A stretch of DNA of 48,424 nt. Origin: Actinomycetota bacterium. GTDB taxonomy: Bacteria; Actinomycetota; Actinomycetes; S36-B12; UBA5976. Shown here piece after piece: positions 10,091 through 18,912 of the stretch; position 1 is the stretch's first letter; each line of letters begins with the position of its first letter. The position numbers and the translations under genes were made by a program. Under the pieces are notes generated by a model that was not told the DNA's origin, ran no database searches, and worked only from the letters and a program-made list of their open reading frames with translations. Where the stretch lies: NCBI GenBank assembly GCA_046046315.1, contig JBJOKB010000062.1, positions 1-48,424 of the forward strand. Reading direction: 5' to 3'.

Positions 10091-10557
10091 AAGATATATT
10101 TAAATTCATCATCTTAAATACTGGCACGTGGGTTTTTTGGTTTTACATTATTGGTTTTTTTGCCTCAAAATTGAACAATTCATTTCTCGAGAAAGATTAC
10201 ATTTTAACTAGACTTTTTAGGTTTGAAAAAGATGCCTCCTGGTTTCGAAAATACTTAAAAATTGATAAGTGGAAAGATAAAGTTCCTGAATTAGGTGGAT
10301 TTTTTAAAGAGGGTTTCCAAAAAAGAAGCATTTCTTTTGGAGAAAAAAATCAATTGCTAACTTTCGTCAGAGAGACAAGAAGAGCTGAACTTGCCCACTG
10401 GTTGATGACTTCAGGTTGGATTTTAACTATCATATTTAACCCTTTGTGGGCGATAATTTTTAATTTAATTTTTGCCCATTTGGTTAATTTCCCGTGTTTA
10501 GTGATCCAGCGCTATAACAGGGCAAGACTACTAAAAGTTTTAGAAACGAAATATTAA
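10087..10557 (+). CDS. Glycosyl-4,4'-diaponeurosporenoate acyltransferase-like (CrtO family) membrane protein
   Basis: 156 aa. ETRRAELAHW and LVIQRYNRARL match the CrtO signature ETKRAELIHW / IIVQRYNRPRL (recalled). ATGA overlap with the upstream glycosyltransferase. Confidence 0.72.
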   Translation: MKDIFKFIILNTGTWVFWFYIIGFFASKLNNSFLEKDYILTRLFRFEKDASWFRKYLKIDKWKDKVPELGGFFKEGFQKRSISFGEKNQLLTFVRETRRAELAHWLMTSGWILTIIFNPLWAIIFNLIFAHLVNFPCLVIQRYNRARLLKVLETKY

Positions 10558-10850
10558 GCTGCTGCTGAGTCAGATTTTTTATTAACAGGTAAAACTGTTA
10601 CACCTGTTGGATTATTTTCAATATTTGCAACCGATTTTGTGACTTCAAACATTAATTTAGACAATGGAAGGTTTAATGCTCCACAAATTGCCCCTAATAA
10701 TTCAGATGATGGTTCTTTTTGACCGCGTTCGACTTCACTTAAGTAACCGAGTGAAACTCTGGCACTCTTTGAAATATCCCTTAGTGATCTTTTTTGGGCA
10801 TTTCGAGCTTGGCGAAGTTGATCGCCCATCACTTTTCTCAAAACAATCAT
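10554..10850 (-). CDS. clgR: XRE-family HTH transcriptional regulator, ClgR-like
   Basis: 98 aa. RSLRDISKSARVSLGYLSEVERGQKEPSSELLGAICGALNLPLS is close to ClgR (Rv2745c-type). It sits downstream of pgsA/cinA, as in Mycobacterium. Confidence 0.72.
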   Translation of the reverse strand: MIVLRKVMGDQLRQARNAQKRSLRDISKSARVSLGYLSEVERGQKEPSSELLGAICGALNLPLSKLMFEVTKSVANIENNPTGVTVLPVNKKSDSAAA

Positions 10851-10891
10851 GAATATATTTTAGCCCATCAAGGACTTGATTGTCCTTTTAT

Positions 10892-11362
10892 TCACACGAG
10901 CCGACTCAAGGTCAGTTGAAGAACTTGCTGCACAGTTTGATTACGAATCTCAAATCTTGTGCCTACTAATTCTAATTTTTGGCACATATTGTGGTCATTC
11001 ATTGAAATAGCCACAAATACTAAACCTGGTGTAAAACCAGAACTTTTTTCTGGGCCCGCTACCCCTGTAGTGGAAATTCCGATATCTGTGTTTAATTTCT
11101 TTCTCACATTTTTTGCCATAGCTGTTGCTACCTGCTCAGAAATACTTGTGAATTCGTTAATTAAAGACGATTCAATTTCTAAAACTTCGTTCTTTATTTC
11201 ATCAACATAAGCCGTAATTGAACCTTTAAAGACTTTGGAGGCACCAGGTATTTCTGTTAAACAAGCTGCAACCAATCCTCCAGTCAATGATTCAGCTACA
11301 GATAATGTGAGATTTTTATTTTGAAGTTTTTTGATAACTTCACTTGCTAATTCTTGATTCAA
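10892..11362 (-). CDS. CinA C-terminal domain protein / nicotinamide-nucleotide amidohydrolase (PncC-like)
   Basis: 156 aa with LSVAESLTGGLVA and ISTTGVAGP motifs of the CinA_C/PncC family. Confidence 0.85.
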   Translation of the reverse strand: MNQELASEVIKKLQNKNLTLSVAESLTGGLVAACLTEIPGASKVFKGSITAYVDEIKNEVLEIESSLINEFTSISEQVATAMAKNVRKKLNTDIGISTTGVAGPEKSSGFTPGLVFVAISMNDHNMCQKLELVGTRFEIRNQTVQQVLQLTLSRLV

Positions 11363-11364
11363 AT

Positions 11365-11961
11365 CTATTGTTCTTCTCGATCAGTCATAATTGCTTTCAT
11401 AATGTAATCAACAGCGGTGGCTAAGGTCAAAAACACTGCAACATACATCAGGATTTCTGCAATTGGTGAAAAAGTTTCGGGCAAAGGAAGCAGATAAAAA
11501 CTTATTGCCACAATTTGTAAAATAGTTTTGGCTTTACCGCCGCGACTAGCGGGGATGACACCTTTGTTGATTACCCAAAATCTTAAGAACGTCACAAATA
11601 ATTCTCTAGCTAAAATCACCCAAGTAAACCACCAGTCCAACAAATTTAAATATGACAAACCAATTAATGCCACACCAATCAAAGCTTTATCAGCAATAGG
11701 ATCAAATATTTTTCCAAAATTTGTGATTAAATCCCATCTCCTGGCAATGGTTCCATCTGCAATATCAGTTAATGCTGCGACAATAAAAATTGTTCCCGCA
11801 ATTATTCGATTAGTTTCCGTTTCTGCATTTTCTTTAAATAAAAGCCAAGCCAAAATTGGTACAACAATGATTCGTATTGTTGTTAATAAATTAGGGACAT
11901 TAATTGAACTTACTGCTGAAATTGGATCTGCTACACGATCAGGAACAGCAGGTTTTAGCAC
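11365..11961 (-). CDS. pgsA: CDP-diacylglycerol--glycerol-3-phosphate 3-phosphatidyltransferase
   Basis: 198 aa membrane protein with the CDP-alcohol phosphotransferase motif DGTIARRWDLITNFGKIFDPIADK. Confidence 0.9.
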   Translation of the reverse strand: MLKPAVPDRVADPISAVSSINVPNLLTTIRIIVVPILAWLLFKENAETETNRIIAGTIFIVAALTDIADGTIARRWDLITNFGKIFDPIADKALIGVALIGLSYLNLLDWWFTWVILARELFVTFLRFWVINKGVIPASRGGKAKTILQIVAISFYLLPLPETFSPIAEILMYVAVFLTLATAVDYIMKAIMTDREEQ

Positions 11962-11969
11962 TGGGCGCT

Positions 11970-13331
11970 CTATTTTGCCTTCACCTCCAGGTCTGCTCCT
12001 ACGCTACCTACAACTACGGCTTTTACTAAATCACCCACACTTGCATTGCTGTTCAAAATTGTGGTGATGCCATCTACTTCAGGTCCCTGTTCTCTAGTTC
12101 GACCGGTAACCCCATCTTCATCATTTGCTTCTACTAGTACTTCAACTTCAGAATTGATTCGACTGTGGGCTTTTTGTGACATCAATTCTTCTGCAATCGA
12201 GTTTAAATTTTTAACTCTTTCATCAATTAATTCTTGCTCTAGACCATTCTTAAATTCTGCAGCTTCTGTTCCATCTTCTACTGAGTAACCAAAAATACCA
12301 ATCGCATCAAGCTCTGCTTGTTCTAAGAAGTTTTTAATTTCTTCGTATTCATTTTCAGTCTCTCCCGGAAATCCCACAATGAAATTACTTCTAATTCCTG
12401 CCGCTGGATTAATTTTTCTTATGCTTTGAATCAAATTAAGGAAATCATTAGTTCCCCCAAAGCGTTTCATTCTTCTTAGTACGTCTGGATGAGCGTGTTG
12501 AAATGATAAATCAAAGTAAGGCACAACTTTGTCGGTCTTAAGAGTTGCTTGTATTAAAGAAGGTCTCATCTCGGCGGGCTGCAAATATGATAATCGAATC
12601 CACTCAATGGAATCTATTTTGGCAATTTCAGGCAGAATAGTTTCCAAAAGACGAATATCACCCAAATCTTTCCCGTAACTGGTCGTGTTTTCACTAACTA
12701 AAAATAATTCTTTTACTCCATTTTGACCGAGCCATGCTGCCTCTTCCAATATTTCTGATGGTCGCCTTGAAAGATATGAACCTCTAAATCTTGGAATCGC
12801 ACAAAATGTGCAACGGCGATCACATCCTGAAGCAAGTTTTAAAGGTGCAGTTGGTTTGTTATCTAGTCTGAATCTGTTCAATGGTTGAGAAATTTTTTGT
12901 TCACTTCGTGCCGTTGGGGAAATTGGTAAAAGTAATCTTCTGTCTTGAGGAACTGGAGCTTTTGGTTTATTTCCATTTAAAACTTCATTTAGCTTTGCTG
13001 TTATGTGGTCATAATCGTCAAAACCCAAAATTGCATCTGCTTCAGGAAGAGCAGTTTCTAATTCATTGCCATATCTTTCTGCCATACAGCCAACAGCTAA
13101 AATCGCTTTGACATTACTGTTTTGCTTTAAATCATTTGCTGCAAGCAGAGTATCAATACTGTCTTTTTTTGCTGACTCAATAAATCCGCAAGTGTTAACA
13201 AATACCGCATCTGCTTGGCTTGGTTCAGAAACTAGTTCAATACCATCTTTAGATAATCGTGCTGCTAACTCTTCGCTATCAACTTCATTACGAGCACAGC
13301 CTAAGGTGACGATTGCTACGCGAGTTGACAT
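11970..13331 (-). CDS. rimO: Ribosomal protein S12 methylthiotransferase
   Basis: 453 aa with N-terminal UPF0004 Cys triad (LGCARNEVDSE...), radical SAM CDRRCTFCAIP and a C-terminal TRAM domain. Confidence 0.92.
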   Translation of the reverse strand: MSTRVAIVTLGCARNEVDSEELAARLSKDGIELVSEPSQADAVFVNTCGFIESAKKDSIDTLLAANDLKQNSNVKAILAVGCMAERYGNELETALPEADAILGFDDYDHITAKLNEVLNGNKPKAPVPQDRRLLLPISPTARSEQKISQPLNRFRLDNKPTAPLKLASGCDRRCTFCAIPRFRGSYLSRRPSEILEEAAWLGQNGVKELFLVSENTTSYGKDLGDIRLLETILPEIAKIDSIEWIRLSYLQPAEMRPSLIQATLKTDKVVPYFDLSFQHAHPDVLRRMKRFGGTNDFLNLIQSIRKINPAAGIRSNFIVGFPGETENEYEEIKNFLEQAELDAIGIFGYSVEDGTEAAEFKNGLEQELIDERVKNLNSIAEELMSQKAHSRINSEVEVLVEANDEDGVTGRTREQGPEVDGITTILNSNASVGDLVKAVVVGSVGADLEVKAK

Positions 13332-13396
13332 TATGTTTACAGCCTAAAGAAAGTACTTAAAGTTCATTTCTGCAAGGTATGAATTAGCCTTGCGAG

Positions 13397-14209
13397 TTAC
13401 TGAACTGGACCTTCTGGTCCAAATTCAACTCTGACAACTTCGCCGTTGCCACCTGCTTTTCCTAATACTTGACCATTAACTGTCAAAGTAATTGCCCCAG
13501 CATTTCCTAAAAGTAGTTTTACGCCTTCTACACTGCCGACTCTTTGTTCTTGACCTTCTTTAATTATTCCTTCGAAAAGTTCCACATCATTAACATCTGT
13601 GACTCTGACCCAACTGCTATTGCCCTCAGCTTTAATTAATACATCAACGCCAGGAGTTGGTGCATTTGCTATTAAACTTTCAGCATCTTTTGTAGAAGCT
13701 GGTTTTGGTGTTGCACTAGTTTCAGCAATGGTTTCAGTTGATGAATTAAATGTTGAAACAATTACCGACCCAACAGCAATTACTGCAATTACTCCTAATG
13801 CAGATGCCATCAACAAAGACCAGTTTGCACCTGATTTAGCTCGGATTTTTTCTAAAGGTTGGAAGTAGCTTCCAGAAAATTGTGAATTTTGTTTTTGTTG
13901 CTCAACGACAACCGAAGCAACTTCAAGGACTTCGGTTTCCGGTGCAAGCACCGGTGGATCAAAAGGGGACTCACCAGCTCCAAAAGCTGGATAAAGAGCC
14001 ATCAATTCATCGGCGTCTAGTTGTAAGACTTGTGCAATCGCACGAATGTGACCTCGGACATAAACATCTGCGCCTACTTTTTCAAATTCATCTTTTTCAA
14101 TATGTTTAACCAATATTTCACGTACACGAACTTGGGCACTCAATTCAGAAATAGTCATTCCCTTTGACTCGCGAGCAAAGCGAATTCGCTTTCCAATGGA
14201 ATCTTGCAT
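13397..14209 (-). CDS. HTH (XRE-type) membrane protein with C-terminal DUF4115, RodZ-like
   Basis: 270 aa: N-terminal HTH (IRFARESKGMTISELSAQVRV), one TM (WSLLMASALGVIAVIAVGSVIV) and a C-terminal beta-rich domain (SWVRVTD...LLLGNAGAITLTVNG). Confidence 0.7.
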   Translation of the reverse strand: MQDSIGKRIRFARESKGMTISELSAQVRVREILVKHIEKDEFEKVGADVYVRGHIRAIAQVLQLDADELMALYPAFGAGESPFDPPVLAPETEVLEVASVVVEQQKQNSQFSGSYFQPLEKIRAKSGANWSLLMASALGVIAVIAVGSVIVSTFNSSTETIAETSATPKPASTKDAESLIANAPTPGVDVLIKAEGNSSWVRVTDVNDVELFEGIIKEGQEQRVGSVEGVKLLLGNAGAITLTVNGQVLGKAGGNGEVVRVEFGPEGPVQ

Positions 14210-14354
14210 CTAGCACCTCCTCACCTTTAGCGGTATCGAATCATCAAAGGCTACCACCGATGTTCGCTTTAGCGAATATGTGGTATTTCTGTGATTAGAG
14301 TGACTTTTTAAGGGTAGCCCCATGGAAGTTTCTCCACAAGAGCCGGCAGGTGAA

Positions 14355-16919
14355 CTAAGCGTTAACTTCCCCGCGCAAAGCCGCAAGTGTGTCAACTAAC
14401 TCTTCTGGCTTAACAAGTACTTCTCGAGCTTTTGAACCTTCACTTGGTCCAACAATGCCTCTATCTTCCATTAAGTCAATTAGTCTTCCAGCTTTTGCAA
14501 AGCCGACTCTAAGTTTTCTTTGCAACATGGAAGTTGATCCAAGTTGAGTTGAAACAACTAATTCAGCGGCAGACAAGAGTAAATCAAGATCATCACCAAT
14601 GTCATTTTCGACATTTGATCTTGTTGGGTTGACGTGCAAAACATCATCACGGTATTCAGGTTCTGCTTGATTTGTCCAATGAGAAACGATCGTTCTAATT
14701 TCTGTTTCAGATACAAATGCTCCCTGAATTCTTGTTGGTTTAGAAGCTCCCATCGGAAGGAACAAACCATCGCCTTGTCCTACTAATTTTTCAGCACCTG
14801 GTTGATCTAAAATAACTCTTGAATCTGCCAAACTTGCAGTTGCAAAAGCTAATCGGCTTGGAACATTTGCCTTGATTAAACCTGTAACAACGTCAACACT
14901 TGGCCTTTGTGTGGCTATTACTAAGTGGATTCCTGCAGCTCTGGCAAGCTGAGTTATGCGCACAATGGCATCTTCAACATCTCTTGGTGCCACCATCATC
15001 AAATCAGCTAATTCGTCCACAACTACTAATAGATATGGATATGGTTCAGGAACTGGTTTATCTCCAATTGCACTAACTTTGCCAGCTTTTACTGCTTTGT
15101 TGTAATCATCAATATGTCTAAACCCGTGAGCATGCAGAGCGTCATATCTAACTTCCATTTCTTTAACAACCCATTGCAAAACCTCTGCAGCTTTCTTAGG
15201 GTTTGTCACAATTGGAGTAATCAAATGAGGCACCCCAGCATAAGCTGCTAATTCAACTCGTTTTGGATCAATCAAAATAAGTTTTGCTTCATCTGGAGTT
15301 GAACGCATTAAAATTGAAGTCACCAATGCATTAATACAAGATGATTTTCCAGCGCCTGTTGCTCCTGCAACCAAAATGTGTGGCATTTTTGCAAGGTTTG
15401 CGCAAATCACTGCGCCTTCAACATCTTTTCCAAGACCAACAATTAATGGATGTTTTTCATCTGTTGCAACAGGTGAATTTAATAAATCAGCTAATGCAAC
15501 CAGTTCGCGATCTTGATTAGGAATTTCTACACCAATTGCAGATTTACCTGGAATCGGTGACAAAATTCTGACATCAGCGCTAGCAACTGCGTAAGCAATA
15601 TTTTTACTTAATGCAGTAACACGTTCAACTTTTACTGCTGGTCCAAGCTCAACTTCGTATCTGGTCACTGTTGGACCCCGCGAAAATCCTGTCACAGTCG
15701 CGTCAATATCAAATTGGGAGAAAACTTTAGTCAGTGACTCAACTACTCCATCATTAATTTTGCTTCTAGTTTTTGGTACTGGGCCTGCTTTTAAACTTGA
15801 AGCAGAAGGAAGTTTGTAATTTTTTTCGGCTTTCATCGCCATTTGTTTTGCTACAGGTTTTACTACCGGTTTAAGTTGCACAACATTATCTTTAATGATT
15901 TGAATTGGTTGAGTTGAATCCATGGAAGACGTTACAGGAATTGGTTGGGTTGAATCCATGTCAAATTCTTCAACATGATCGGTTATAACTGGAGAGGCTG
16001 CAAAAGGAATATCATCAACTAATAAATCTGTATCTTCGTTATCTTCATCTTTGCTAGACCAGCGACTGATCCATCTCGATAAAACATTTCCTTTTTTTGT
16101 AGGTACTTCATCTTCCTCATAATTTTCATCAATTAATCCATCTACCAATTCGTCTTCTTCATAATCTGAAGAAGTAAACATGTCTAATTCTTGATCCAGA
16201 TCGTCAATTTCTTCACTACCGTGTTTTCTTCTACCACCTTGAGAAATAAATCCAACTACATTTTTTATTTTTAAGGCGACAGCAGTCACTGGCGTTTTCG
16301 TGGTAATCAATGTTCCAAAGAAACCAAAAAGAATTAATAACAACATTGCGATAAAACCGTTAGTTAAACCAGCAAGTGGAGTGGCAATTAACCAACCAAG
16401 CCAACCAGCGCCTGATTGCATGGCTTCAACGCCGTCTCCTGGAGTTGGGGTGCCTTTAAATAAATGCCATAAACCTGCGACACTAATTAATATTGCTGTT
16501 ACACCTATTGCAATTCTTGGGCCATCACCTTTTTTGGCAGGATTTCTAAATGTTTGCCAAGCTGAATACACAAAAACAATTGGTAAAAATACGGTCAAGG
16601 CACCGACAGTTCCTGTAATAATTAATTTTGAATAACGAGTTATAACCGTTTGGGTATCAAACCAACTCTGAGCTGCAACAATTATTGATAAAGCTAATAG
16701 CAGAAGTCCTAATCCGTCACGTCTTTGTTTCTGATCAATTTCTTTAGCACCATGACCTACTGCACGGGCTATCGCGCCAAAAACTTTTGCAATAACACCC
16801 CAAGCCATACCAACAAGAGAAAGTAAGCGACCAAAAAATAAGACTAGATTTCCACCACGAGATTTTCGTGAAGAGTTGTGATTGCGGGCACGCGAGCGTG
16901 CCGGCGTGCTAGTAGCCAT
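14355..16919 (-). CDS. ftsK: DNA translocase FtsK
   Basis: 854 aa: N-terminal TM domain, acidic/low-complexity linker, motor domain with Walker A GATGAGKS, and C-terminal gamma winged helix (LQRKLRVGFAKAGRLIDLME). Confidence 0.95.
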   Translation of the reverse strand: MATSTPARSRARNHNSSRKSRGGNLVLFFGRLLSLVGMAWGVIAKVFGAIARAVGHGAKEIDQKQRRDGLGLLLLALSIIVAAQSWFDTQTVITRYSKLIITGTVGALTVFLPIVFVYSAWQTFRNPAKKGDGPRIAIGVTAILISVAGLWHLFKGTPTPGDGVEAMQSGAGWLGWLIATPLAGLTNGFIAMLLLILFGFFGTLITTKTPVTAVALKIKNVVGFISQGGRRKHGSEEIDDLDQELDMFTSSDYEEDELVDGLIDENYEEDEVPTKKGNVLSRWISRWSSKDEDNEDTDLLVDDIPFAASPVITDHVEEFDMDSTQPIPVTSSMDSTQPIQIIKDNVVQLKPVVKPVAKQMAMKAEKNYKLPSASSLKAGPVPKTRSKINDGVVESLTKVFSQFDIDATVTGFSRGPTVTRYEVELGPAVKVERVTALSKNIAYAVASADVRILSPIPGKSAIGVEIPNQDRELVALADLLNSPVATDEKHPLIVGLGKDVEGAVICANLAKMPHILVAGATGAGKSSCINALVTSILMRSTPDEAKLILIDPKRVELAAYAGVPHLITPIVTNPKKAAEVLQWVVKEMEVRYDALHAHGFRHIDDYNKAVKAGKVSAIGDKPVPEPYPYLLVVVDELADLMMVAPRDVEDAIVRITQLARAAGIHLVIATQRPSVDVVTGLIKANVPSRLAFATASLADSRVILDQPGAEKLVGQGDGLFLPMGASKPTRIQGAFVSETEIRTIVSHWTNQAEPEYRDDVLHVNPTRSNVENDIGDDLDLLLSAAELVVSTQLGSTSMLQRKLRVGFAKAGRLIDLMEDRGIVGPSEGSKAREVLVKPEELVDTLAALRGEVNA
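15903..15960 (-). repeat. 36-nt-period direct repeat in the FtsK linker (MDSTQPI x2)
   Basis: aattggttgagttgaatccatg (15903..15924) and aattggttgggttgaatccatg (15939..15960) differ at 1 of 22 positions. Confidence 0.6.
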
Positions 16920-16959
16920 AAATAGAGATTACCCTCGTGCAACACCTGTTACTTGGGTA

Positions 16960-16995
16960 TCAGAAGCGACTTTTAGTGCGTGTCGTCACTTCTGA
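16960..16995 (-). terminator. Candidate U-tract-less hairpin just after the CDGSH gene and upstream of ftsK
   Basis: TCAGAAG-CGAC / GTCG-(tca bulge)-CTTCTGA gives 11 bp with an 11-nt loop. There is no U run, so its function (terminator, processing site or ftsK leader element) is unproven. Confidence 0.25.
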
Positions 16996-17009
16996 CACAA
17001 ATTTAGGGC

Positions 17010-17216
17010 TTACCCCTGAAAATTCACTGCCCGATGAGATCCATCGCAAAACGGTTTTTCTTTGCTTGCCCCACATCTGCAAAAAGACTTTGCACCAGCT
17101 TCGACTACTTCTGTCGTTACTTCGGATTCATTCGCTTTGGTGTAATTCAATTCAAAGTCACCTTCAACTCGAATTGAACCATTTGGCTTCACAGTTATTT
17201 TTACTTTTTCACTCAT
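17010..17216 (-). CDS. CDGSH iron-sulfur domain protein (mitoNEET-type 2Fe-2S)
   Basis: 68 aa. CRCGASKEKPFCDGSH fits C-X-C-X2-S-X3-P-X-C-D-G-S-H exactly. Confidence 0.85.
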   Translation of the reverse strand: MSEKVKITVKPNGSIRVEGDFELNYTKANESEVTTEVVEAGAKSFCRCGASKEKPFCDGSHRAVNFQG

Positions 17217-17226
17217 TCATTTCTCC

Positions 17227-18912
17227 TTATGCCTCAACAACGACTGGAACAATCATTGGTCTTCTTTTATGTTGATCACTAACCCATTTACCGGTTGTTC
17301 TTCGAACAACTTTTTGTAATTGATTAATATCATAGACATTATTTTTCATTGCATCTTCTAAATTAGATTTGATTATTGGAATTACTTCATCAAATACTGC
17401 CTCGTTCTCGGCAAATCCACGAGCATGAATCTCTGGGCCAGCAACAACTTTATTTTCAACAGAATCCACAACTACCACTACTGAAATAAATCCCTCTTCT
17501 CCCAAAATTCTTCTATCTTTCAAAGAATCTTCTGCTACTCCACCAACGCTTGAGCCGTCAACAAAAACGTAGCCACAAGGAACTGCTCCTACAATTTTTG
17601 CTTTTCGATTATGCAGATCAACTACCATCCCATCGGCAGTTATCACCACGTTTTCTTTTTTTACACCTGTATTCATTGCTAGGGCACCATTTGCTCTTAA
17701 ATGTCTTGGTTCACCGTGTACGGGCATAACATTTCTTGGTTTCAATAAATTATAAAAATATAACAATTCACCACTTGCCGCATGACCAGAAACGTGAACT
17801 TTAGCGTTTCCAGAATGTACGACATTGGCACCTTGTTTAGTTAGGCCATTAATAACCCTGTTGACAGAATTTTCATTTCCTGGAATTAATGATGATGCCA
17901 AAATTACAGTGTCGCCTTCACCTATTTTTATTTTATGATCCAATCCTGCCATTCTTGAAAGTGCTGCCATCGGTTCACCTTGTGAACCTGTAGTTATCAA
18001 AACAATTTCATCATCTGCAAAATCATCAATGTCATCAATACTTACTGTGGCATTAGGTGGAATTGTTAAATAACCTAAGTCTCTTGCTACTCCCATATTT
18101 CTAACCATGGAGCGACCAACAAAAACGACTTTTCTTTTGTTTAGCTGGGCAGCATCAATTATTTGTTGCACTCTATGTATATGAGATGCAAAACTTGCCA
18201 CAATAACTCTTCTTGGGGCTCGAGACATAATTGATTCAATCACTGGTGCAATATCTTTTTCTTGAGGAACAAAGCCAGGAACTTCGGCATTCGTGGAATC
18301 AACTAAAGCTAGATCTACACCTTCATTCCCTAGTCTTGCGAAAGTATTTAAATCGGTGATTCGTCCATCAAGTGGCAGTTGATCCATCTTGAAATCCCCT
18401 GTGTGAATCAGCGTTCCTGCACCAGTTTTTATTGATAAAGCTAATGCATCTGGAATCGAATGATTTACGGCAATAAACTCAACACTAAATTCTCCAATTT
18501 TTTCAAAATCTCCTTCTTTCACCATTCTTAAATCTGATTTAATTCGATGTTCCTTTAATTTTTCTGCTAACAAAGCAAGCGTTAATTTTGAACCATAAAC
18601 AGGTACATGTGGTGCTTCTCTTAAAAAATATGGAACACCACCCATGTGATCTTCATGAGCATGTGTCAAAATGATTGCTTTAACTTTTTGCCACTTATCT
18701 CTTAAATATTCAAAGTCAGGCAAAATTAAATCAACACCAGGTTGATTTTCTTCCGGAAATAAAACTCCTACGTCAACAATGACAATGTCTTGGTTGTATT
18801 GCAGGACGGTCATGTTTCGACCTATTTCGCCAATCCCACCTAATGGAATGACTCGAAGAGTTTCCGGCGCCAATTTATTTGGCAACGGAAACTCATGTGA
18901 AGTTAACGTCAA
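17227..18912 (-). CDS. rnj: Ribonuclease J
   Basis: 561 aa with metallo-beta-lactamase HAHEDH, a beta-CASP region and the typical RNase J C-terminal domain. Confidence 0.93.
   Translation of the reverse strand: MTLTSHEFPLPNKLAPETLRVIPLGGIGEIGRNMTVLQYNQDIVIVDVGVLFPEENQPGVDLILPDFEYLRDKWQKVKAIILTHAHEDHMGGVPYFLREAPHVPVYGSKLTLALLAEKLKEHRIKSDLRMVKEGDFEKIGEFSVEFIAVNHSIPDALALSIKTGAGTLIHTGDFKMDQLPLDGRITDLNTFARLGNEGVDLALVDSTNAEVPGFVPQEKDIAPVIESIMSRAPRRVIVASFASHIHRVQQIIDAAQLNKRKVVFVGRSMVRNMGVARDLGYLTIPPNATVSIDDIDDFADDEIVLITTGSQGEPMAALSRMAGLDHKIKIGEGDTVILASSLIPGNENSVNRVINGLTKQGANVVHSGNAKVHVSGHAASGELLYFYNLLKPRNVMPVHGEPRHLRANGALAMNTGVKKENVVITADGMVVDLHNRKAKIVGAVPCGYVFVDGSSVGGVAEDSLKDRRILGEEGFISVVVVVDSVENKVVAGPEIHARGFAENEAVFDEVIPIIKSNLEDAMKNNVYDINQLQKVVRRTTGKWVSDQHKRRPMIVPVVVEA

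Noticed and set aside
10870-10887. AAGGAC-N6-GTCCTT inverted repeat between the cinA-like stop and the clgR-like start
   Set aside because: It has only 6 bp, no U tract and no match to a known operator. It is too short to separate from chance.
11528-12067. 179-aa plus-strand ORF antisense to pgsA and the 3' end of rimO, unusually long for an AT-rich genome
   Set aside because: It has no recognisable domain or SD. It lies fully within two well-supported genes on the other strand and crosses their junction. It is most likely a shadow ORF. Ribosome profiling would be needed to claim otherwise.
14263-14276. GTTCGC-TTTA-GCGAA resembles the ClgR operator (GTTCGC-N5-GCG / CGC-N5-GCG, recalled), and a clgR-like gene lies 3.4 kb away
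   Set aside because: The spacer between CGC and GCG is 4 nt rather than 5. It is a single occurrence and equally explained as a simple RNA hairpin. I do not call it an operator.
14210-14395. 61-aa minus-strand ORF covering the ftsK to rodZ-like spacer
   Set aside because: It starts inside the ftsK 3' end in another frame and has no SD or recognisable features. I treat the spacer as non-coding RNA or leader instead.
16300-16635. 111-aa plus-strand ORF antisense to the ftsK membrane domain, plus other 60-110 aa track ORFs nested in larger genes (for example 777..974, 1590..1871, 24184..24525, 25120..25509, 46436..46798)
   Set aside because: All are embedded antisense or out of frame within strongly supported genes and lack motifs, so I consider them shadow ORFs.
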